Position numbers and translations under genes: made by a program. Shown here in pieces: positions 55,532-64,000 of a DNA stretch of 64,000 nt. The notes beneath the pieces were generated by a model, which searched no databases, was not told the origin of the DNA, and saw only the letters and a program-made list of their open reading frames with translations. Within the stretch, counting starts at the first letter, position 1. Each line of letters opens with the position of its first letter. Source of the stretch: Enoplolaimus lenunculus (taxonomy: Eukaryota); assembly GCA_030248215.1 (NCBI GenBank), contig JASANG010003696.1:248001-312000 (forward strand). Reading direction: 5' to 3'.

Positions 55532-56931
55532 GCAATAGCTTGAAAATACTACAAATTTTGTGAATTTTTCAGCCATTCTTTCATATCAGAGAAAAACATG
55601 ATTCTTTAAAAATTTAATAATGGCGAACCAGATTTTTGCCAAATAATTGTCAATTTCAGTGTTTTCAAGGTAATAATTCATTATGACATTAAAGGTAATA
55701 TGATGATAACTGTCTCTGGCAAGAGTGAGATTTCTTGTAAGCAACGCCAATGCGTAAAATTCACTATAAATCTTAGTATTTTTTGAATTTTTAGTCGACA
55801 ATTTTCGTTTCGCTGTTCGCAATGCACGCAGTATTAATCTGGTTATTCATCGTTCATGGTAAGGAAGGGATTATCATTAATAATAAATGTTGTCTTGAAA
55901 CTAGGTAAATTGAAAGTAATGATCGTTAACGTAGGTAAATTTTTCAGCAAGCCCGATGCCAGTTCAACCTGTAAGAGTGGCCAAGATAATACCAATGACC
56001 TCACAATATGGTGCGTTCTCAACATAAAGCAAAACTATTTTATTCTCTTGTTATGACAACGGCTCACAATTTGTAGTTTGTTTGTTTTGCTCAAAAAGCT
56101 AAGTCTTTACTTAAAGTCGGCGGCTGAACTAATTGCCTATTAGTATAACTTAAATAAATATTTAAGTAATATTTCACAAACCCAGCCATTCTAATTGTTT
56201 CAGCTCCTATAATTGCAGTGATATCAGGTAAGTTGTGTGTTTTATACTAAACAGCCTCAAAAGTGTGTTTCAGTACTATATCAGAGTCTGTTTGAACGGG
56301 TGTAAAACTTTTTTTAACTGACGTTAAAAATAAGAAACGAGCATTAATTTGAAAGGCAAAAACATTAATTTTTTCAAATTCAGCTTTGAACTCCGCCATG
56401 AAGCGCTTCCACCCCGCTAAAGTGTTTTCTTGTTAGAGACATTTTGGATCTTTTACATCCCCTATCTTTTGGCAAACGTTTAGGATTTAGGCAAAGGCAT
56501 GCATATCGCTAAACCTAAGCCTAAATTATGAGCCTAAATCTGAGCCCTAAATGTAAACGGAAGGCGTATTTGCAAGAGTAATAGTACCACAACAAAATTA
56601 GCACCATTCGATTCTGCTTGTCGAAGGTTAAAAGTCCTGTCAGTATTTAAACCACGAAATTTTCAGTCAGGAAATTTTGCGATAAAACGATAAACTTACA
56701 ATTTTTCCCCACAGAAACTTTTTGGTGATAAAACGACAAGGTCAATTATACAGTAAAAATTTGGGTTTTACAATGATTGCCAGCCCGCCTCACGCCAAAA
56801 ATTACTGGATCTGCCTCAGTATGATGATGTTATGTCTTACTTTGATTACTAATAACAACAGTAACGATCATATTTGTTGAAGTTCTTTAATGACATTCAG
56901 GGTCTATATTCGTAAATGTGTATAGCACCTA

Positions 56932-57150
56932 CACTGCAAAAAATGGTGAGTCAAACTGACTCCCTCCGAAATAAGCTTTTCCGGACTACCCAAACTGGGT
57001 CAAAGTTTGACTCCGCCGGAGTTAAATTCGACTTAATGAGTCGCTCAGTGAGTCAAATTTGACTCTGGTGGAATCGAATTTTGACTCAGTTTGTGAGTCC
57101 AGAAATGCCTATTTCGGGGAGAGTCATTTGACTCACCATTTTTTGCAGTG
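56932..57150. mobile_element. Palindromic CACTG MITE, family A, nested in another MITE
   Basis: CACTGCAAAAAATGGTGAGTCAAA...TTTGACTCACCATTTTTTGCAGTG. TA is duplicated inside the host motif AGCACCTA|TCAC. Confidence 0.88.
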
Positions 57151-57563
57151 TATCACTAGTGAAGAATACTTCTCAAACTCACGAACTCTAGCCGTTACGA
57201 AGCTAAAAATTCTGCTTAGAAGTACGGTAATTCAGATTTGAAATATCTGCTGAATTTCGAATCTCATCGTTAAGCGAGATTCGAAACTTACAACAACTTG
57301 GTATTTCCAACTGGTGATAGGTGCTACACACATTTGAGAGTACGCGCACAGTATCAACCGCGTTTTTTGATAAATTGTTTTTAATTAATTTGCGTTTCAT
57401 TTTAGCCGATAAAAGTGAACTGCAAGCTCCAGGTAAAAAGGGTAGGATCAGCGAAAGTTAGCTGTTTTTCATTTAAATCTATGGGTGAAAAGACTCTATG
57501 TGATGCAGTGGCGCAGTAGTAAATAGACGCCTCCTCGTGCCTTTCTGTTGCCATACAAATTTG

Positions 57564-57796
57564 GACCAACGTTAATTTGAGATGTGTTAAAGTAGTATGA
57601 GCATATTCTTAAGCTTAACGCGTAAGCTAAAGCCTAAGCCGAAGCCTAAGCCTAAGCCTTAGCGTACGGATAAGTCCATAACTAAGCCTAGGCCGAAGTA
57701 TCAGCCTAAGCCTAAGCAAAAAACTACCTTAAAGCTTAAGCTTACCATACTTCAGTCCCGCAGAGAAATGGTACACCCCTCGTAGTAACATGAGCG
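57564..57796. mobile_element. Telomere-repeat MITE copy (diverged)
   Basis: GACCAACGTTA...GTAACATGAGC with long GCCTAA arrays. Confidence 0.68.
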
Positions 57797-57816
57797 AAAT
57801 TTTGCACACGAGCCGT

Positions 57817-58008
57817 GACCCATGTTACTTTAAGGGGCGTCCAGCTTTCTGGTAGGCCCATAAAATAGGTTTAGATTCTAGATTACATTATTTGCTTGGC
57901 TTAGGCTTAGGCTTACACTTACGAAGTCAATTTTTCAAGGGTTAGGCTTAGGATTAGTCTTAGGAATACACTTAATCTACTGTTACGCCCCTTAAAGTAA
58001 CATTGGCC
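57817..58008. mobile_element. Telomere-repeat MITE copy (TTACTTTAA subfamily)
   Basis: ATGTTACTTTAAGGGGCGT / ACGCCCCTTAAAGTAACAT form a perfect inverted pair. Confidence 0.85.
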
Positions 58009-58082
58009 CGAGTGTTGATAAAGAAAAATAGATTTAAAAAATATTGAAACCTATGGAAATGGCTGCTGATCATAACAATTTG

Positions 58083-58334
58083 CACTGTAAATTCCAATGA
58101 GTTGATTAATCAATTCAGCTAGCGAGTTGGTTATTTCTGAATTAATATCAGTAAACATTAACTTACCCTGAGTTGATTTGATTCTCCCTCTGAGTTGAGT
58201 TGACACAGGGTGAGTTGATTAATTAAGTCAGAATGAATTGAATCAACTCAACTTTCTGAGTTCTGATAGTCCTAACTCCGACTGAGTGATTCAACTCATT
58301 CTGAGTTAAGATCAACTCACTGAAATTTACAGTG
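58083..58334. mobile_element. CACTG MITE, family B
   Basis: CACTGTAAATT...AATTTACAGTG flanked by TG/TG. Inverted homologue of 12290-12527; partial copy at about 55270-55427. Confidence 0.82.
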
Positions 58335-58599
58335 TGGTATCATTAATAATATCGGCTGGCCATTTTTATTGGCTTATGACGAAAATTTGTTATATCAGGT
58401 GGTGAACCTATTTAGTTTTTAAATATTTGGTAATATTTTTTCAGGTCAAAAACGACAATTAGTTTACATTTGTGATAACAACTGTGAAACACCGTGTGAA
58501 CTGGGGACGTGTGATTGGTCAGGCGCTGCATTTTCAAATCAAGAATACTGCCGATATGAATGTGGTGGCAAATAATACACAATATTACATGCTTATTAT

Positions 58600-58954
58600 G
58601 GTCAATGTATAGAACAGGGTCGTAACCGTAGTATAAGCACCTTCGTAGACCTAAGTTTAAGCTTAAAGCGTAAGCTTAAGTGTAACAATGGGCTTATACG
58701 TAAACCTAAGCAAGCCTAAGCCAAAGCACGCCTAAGCATAAACAAAAGCATAGTTTAAAGCAAACTTAAGCTTACTCGGTTCCACACCCACAGAAAAACG
58801 TTACGCCGCTGATCTTTTACATAGGACAAACCTAAGCAAGCCTAAGCCAAAGCACGCCTAAGCATAAACAAAAGCATAGTTTAAAGCAAACTTAAGCTTA
58901 CTCGGTTCCACACCCACAGAAAAACGTTACGCCGCTGATCTTTTACATAGGACC
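58600..58954. mobile_element. Telomere-repeat MITE with 126-bp tandem duplication of one end
   Basis: Starts GGTCAATGTATAGAACAGGG. 58702-58827 is repeated at 58828-58953. Confidence 0.8.
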
Positions 58955-61900
58955 GACACCGAATTAATATAGATAAATACTGGATATCCGGATATCGGAA
59001 ATTGTTTCAAATATTAAACTTGTTTTTGAATTTCAGAAAATTCCATTTCAAATTTCCGAATATGAGGATATCCAGATGTTAATAAAATAAGTACAAGAAG
59101 TTTAGCGCTTTTCAATATTTTTTGCTAAGTTTTTATTTGAAATTTAAATTATATAAAAACCCCCGTATGCTTTTTAAAATTTGGTATGACTACCGAATAA
59201 TTTATGTTTGTACAACTATCCGTTGAATTAAACGTTTATTTGTCGTTATATGAAAATTAGTTCTTGCATAAAGCGCACTGATGAGCTAAATAGACTCGAT
59301 CTAGTACACAATCGTGAATTGCATTTGTAGGGAAGCCTGGTCTAAAGCTTAAGCTTACTCTATTACAGTTCCACAGAAAAACGTTCCGCCGCGGATCTTT
59401 ACATGGGCCTAACTTTGGACAAAAAATTTTGGTCAAAATATTGAGGCAATTAATATATGCACTGTGGTGACCCAAAACAGGTGTAATAAAAGGGGTTCTT
59501 CCGTTTGAAACGCAATCAATCGGAATCTGTATCCATATAAGAAGTGTCCGTTTAGATCTCAAAGTCGTAATCAGAGTCCATAAAAGTGACCAAACCAGAA
59601 CAATGACCAATACTGCTCAAATATGTAACAGACACTCAGACACTGGCATAAACTTTATTAAATCTAGAGAAAAGTTTAACGCACATAGCAATCAGACCAA
59701 ATTCTCGGAGCAAGTAAGTTCTGTCCAAAAGTAAGCATATAAAAACAGGGTGATGGATCCAACTAACATGGTGCGGTTAACAAAAACAGTCCGTAACCGA
59801 ATAACAGCAAGTACCTATCCCCTGCTGAGGCAAAATAAATATTAGTCTCAGTTTTAATAGGGTCCTTACAGGTAGTATGACGTTTTATTATCTTTCATTG
59901 GAACATGACGTCATAACTGCAAGCAAGTATTGATTATAGGCAGGTGCGGTGATATGAAGAACCTAAAGGTGTCGGCACATGCCCAATCAGTTAACCCATT
60001 TAAGTGGCGTTAATATCTAAAAGTGGTTGGATCTTGAAAATTGTGATGTTACTAAGAAAGGTACATTACTATTTTGCTCAGTAAATAACACGTTACATTG
60101 CGGGGTTCATGTTATAATCGGAGGATATGTTTTGTCCCTATTAGACTATTTTTTAACATTTTGTCTGCTTATAGACCCCACAACATGTTCAAAAATTTGT
60201 ATTTGTCATGCACTATAATGTGTAGGTCGCCATTTGTTTTTCAATATCATATGATGTTCGGTAACATACTCAAATTGTCCGTGATCAACGTCATGAGATT
60301 TGAACTTTGAATTATGAAGCTGCGATTCTAAACAATTTTGTGTCAGGAACGAAGGCGTGTATTCGGTATTTATATTCGTTGTAATTTTGGAATATATTAT
60401 TCACTTAAATGTTCCACAGTATTACGTGTCATACCAACTCTTGTACACTTTGAACATTTGAAAGCAGTGGTTTGTAACTTAATGTTATACAACACTCGAG
60501 TTTTGTCTGTTGACCCGATACTAGAGCCCTAATTTTAAAGTTGACGGTCGAATCAACATGGAGCAAACCGTGACCCGCCTGCCCTTCTTACAACGTGAAT
60601 CCCGCACAACACATGATAAGGCTAGGATACACAGTACAAAAGTGTCAAATGCCCAAATAATAGCATCTAGCTTACAGTTCACCAACTTGTAAACTTCAGT
60701 TGGACAAAAATCTGTTATGCCAATCGACGCTAAGCATAAAGTTAGCATGATTAGCATAAATGTTCTGCGGTATCATTAAACATATGACCACTTGTAAATG
60801 ACCGTCCATTTAAATCTTTGATTTGTATGCCAATATCATGTAACATTCACATTGTGTTCACAAATCCCGCTGCTATTTAGACCACAACTTTATTATGTTC
60901 ACGTCGAATCAACATGGACAAAACATGTTTCATGGCTGCGTCATCATTGCATTGAACGCAAATCATTGCTTCGTGCCAGGTTTGTCGTAAACGTTATTCT
61001 ACAATGTAGCCACATATTATCGTATCTATTTTGTAATCGTTGTGTCAACATTGCAATTTGAAGCTTTTCTGCTAATCAGCACCAAGTTGCACTATTTCCC
61101 GTATATTCAATAATAAAGTTTTTTGGCCTAAAGTGACTTATCGCAGGAGAACGGACACAATACTGCGAAACAAAAGTGGATATCAGGACAGCGTCGTCTA
61201 ACGGGAATAACGGTACGCATCCCCAAATTTCTAGGAACGCAGGTATTCAACACTTTTAACTCGGATGACATCATGTATTTTAACGGTAAAAATATATTTT
61301 CTCGCTCGCTTCCAATTATACACTGGCCAAAGAAAATCCTCGCTGCGCCATGCCCCCGTAGCCAGATTACTGTGCCAGAGGGGGACGGCTAAAAATGGGT
61401 TCAGGAGGGACTTTACAACGGTATTCGTTGACTTTTAACCAAAATTGAAACGTTCCTAGGGGAAGCCAAAATTTAGCAGGGAGGAAGCTGAGCATCCCTG
61501 GTTGTCTCTTGGTGACAGGGATCGAGCTACGCTCCTGGTGTATGCATTGGAAAAGTACAAAGTTTAAAAGCTATTAATTTCGGTGTTTTTGAATTTGTAA
61601 AATTCAATGATAAAATTTATTTATAAACTTCATAGTTGCACAATACAACGAATTTGCGTTAATATTAATAATGCCAGGATTGTTTTCGCTTGTGACTTTC
61701 GTTTACGAGCAACTACTGGACTTCAGTCGCCTAAATCTGGGATCTTTGTAGACCGAAGTGTTCGCAAGTAATGAAATCATCACAAATGAGACAGCCTGTC
61801 TCGCTGGTGAGCTGTATGCAAATACGAGTTTAAACTTTCGTCACCAATTGCAATTTAAATCATCGGTCATAAGCATTGGAAAACAAAAGTGACTAAAAAG

Positions 61901-62249
61901 TTTAATTCCGTTATGTCGCAACCGTAGTGGCGGATCCGGCCGGATGCGGTTGTGTGCTCGTTGACGTCCCTCTGGCAATAAGCAATTTTGTTTAATGTAA
62001 AATCGAAAAATGTTTCGAGTCGGACAACATCAGTCGAGGGTGTATGCGTTTAAGAATCGCTTTGTAAGTACTTCAGTGGATCTTTATTTTTTACTTCTGA
62101 CCCTACATTAATTTTTTCTACATCGGCTTCTGAGACGTAAACAGCTCCGTAGCCAGCTTTCAGCAATCGCATGCAAGGGTTTTCGACGACTTACAAGCAA
62201 TGTTGAAAATTTTACAGGGAGAAGTCTTTCAGAGGGACTGAGCGCTCAT

Positions 62250-62662
62250 AGCCCCAATGTTACTCTGAGAAGCGCAGTGGTAGTAAGCACATTATAAAGC
62301 CTAAGTCTACACCACAACCTAAAGTTGAAGCTATGGCCCATAAAAAGCGTATAGCACCTATCATCAGTTAGCGATAAGTGTTCAAACAGACGAACATATG
62401 CCATTGCAGAAGTCAAAATTGGTACAGAAGTAGGATAAATCAAACGCGAAAAATGTGCTGAAATTCGAACCTCTCCATGCGCTGGTTCCAAAGTTACATG
62501 ACCTATGACCAACTGGTGATAAATCCTACACACATTTCACAATAAGGGCCTATAACTAAGCCTAAGCATACGCCTAAAAGCTCAGCGTAAGCAAACAATC
62601 AGTGTAAAACTAAAGCTTTCTCTATTATAAGCCGGCGATAAACGGTTCGCCTCTCAAAGTAC
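62250..62662. mobile_element. Diverged telomere-repeat MITE interrupted by a TATTCTCAAATGTG-family MITE (~62335-62550)
   Basis: Starts CCCAATGTTACT, with GCCTAA variants on both sides of the insert. Confidence 0.55.
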
Positions 62663-64000
62663 GAACCAATGTTAAACATTGGATTTGTTTCTTCAATCTT
62701 GTACAGTAGCCGATTCATATTCCTGTGTTATGACCTGGGTGCCCCATTCGTTTCCGGCACCGTATTAGAGCAAATCACCAAGCTGGGTGTAAAGTTGGTT
62801 GAAGACTTTTCAACTTTTGGAACATGCCAAAACCATAAAGCATCAACATATATACAAATATTTATATATAAATAATGAAATGGTGAGTCAAATTGGCTCT
62901 CTCAGAAACAGGCTCTAAGGGACTCACTGAGTCGCACGTTTGACTTTGACGGAGTCGAATTTGACTCAGTTTGTGCAGTCCTGTAGAGCATATTTCAGAG
63001 AAAGTCAATTTGATTCACCATTTTTTGCAGTGTATAAACACGTAGATACACTGCCGACAGAGAATATATACAGCATGTTTCAAAGAATATAATGGAACGG
63101 CCAAAGACAAGCATTTTTACTCCTGTATTTACTTTTCGTATTTTCAGTCACAAAAGATTTGTTGCAAAGTTTGCAGTATTATCTTTGAAGTTTATAGACT
63201 TTCCGCCATCTTGAATCATTATTTACATACTAAATTGACTAGCTAGCTATGTCACTTATTTACAATTATTTTTCAAACCATGACGCATAAGGCGTTTGGT
63301 GTCTTGCTGTCTGGCATACAACTTTGCGCTATTTTCTTCTGATTCATAACGATATTGTACTATAAAATGCTTAACTGGCTAAACACAGATGACGAGTCAG
63401 TGCTTTAGACTTTTATTTGAAATTTACTAAATATTCATACTTTTTCGTATACAAAGAGAAGGGATAAGAGTTCCGGGTTTCTAAAATGGTAAGTCAAACT
63501 GACCCTCTCCGGAATAGGCTCTACGGAACTACACAAACTAAACAAAATTGTACTCCACCACAGAGCTGTTTAATTGGCGCAAACACAATGAAAACAGAGG
63601 TCGCTAAGCTATATATCGAGCCAGGATCGGGATGGTCATTAGCTGCGATCTTTGTGGGCATCACTGGCAAATATGCCGAAGCTCCAGTACGGACCCAGTA
63701 CGCAGTAAAATTCACCTGAGCGTTCAGCCTCCAAATACCGTTGTTGCGCTATACAGACAGGTCTCCAAAACCTCCAGCGATCTGCCTTCGCTTGCTGGAG
63801 GTATACACATGCGTGTACCTTTGGCCATCTGAGGGTACTGCCAGATCCAAGCGGACCACACAGGCCCACTCGCCCCAGCAGCGTTCGAATCAAAACTTTT
63901 GTATTAAGATTTAGTACTAAAATTGCGTTTGGTTTCTCGTTTGTGAGTTTTTTCTCTCACTATTATATATCGCCCGGCACCCTCAACTCACCGTCAGAAA

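Noticed and set aside
63600..63893. GC-rich stretch with CDLC and DHTGPL resembling retroviral integrase motifs
   Set aside because: Motifs are separated by about 65 codons and a stop, too far for an integrase; unsupported without a profile search.

Overview
AT-rich, intron-containing eukaryotic DNA. The abundant TTAGGC/GCCTAA repeats match the nematode telomere hexamer, so a nematode origin is likely (inference). Two convergent protein-coding genes can be reconstructed. (1) A BarH-class homeobox gene on + with two coding exons (36687-38416, 39921-40374; 727 aa). (2) A four-exon Sulfotransfer_2-type carbohydrate sulfotransferase on - (51790-51280, 49972-49843, 48452-48075, 46969-46675; 437 aa), whose reading frame closes if intron 1 uses a GC donor. 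The rest, including about 36 kb upstream of BarH, is crowded with short non-autonomous DNA transposons (MITEs), microsatellites and tandem duplications; no transposase ORF is visible. The most striking structure is a family of about 20 elements, mostly 150-240 bp, with GGCC(A/C)ATGT terminal inverted repeats (TIRs), 8-bp target site duplications (TSDs; Merlin-like) and internal telomeric TTAGGC arrays. Also notable are piggyBac-type MITEs carrying a tRNA-like Pol III module, a CCAAT-box cluster and a ~600-bp near-identical duplication. All alignments and identities were judged by eye, and superfamily assignments rest only on TIR/TSD signatures.
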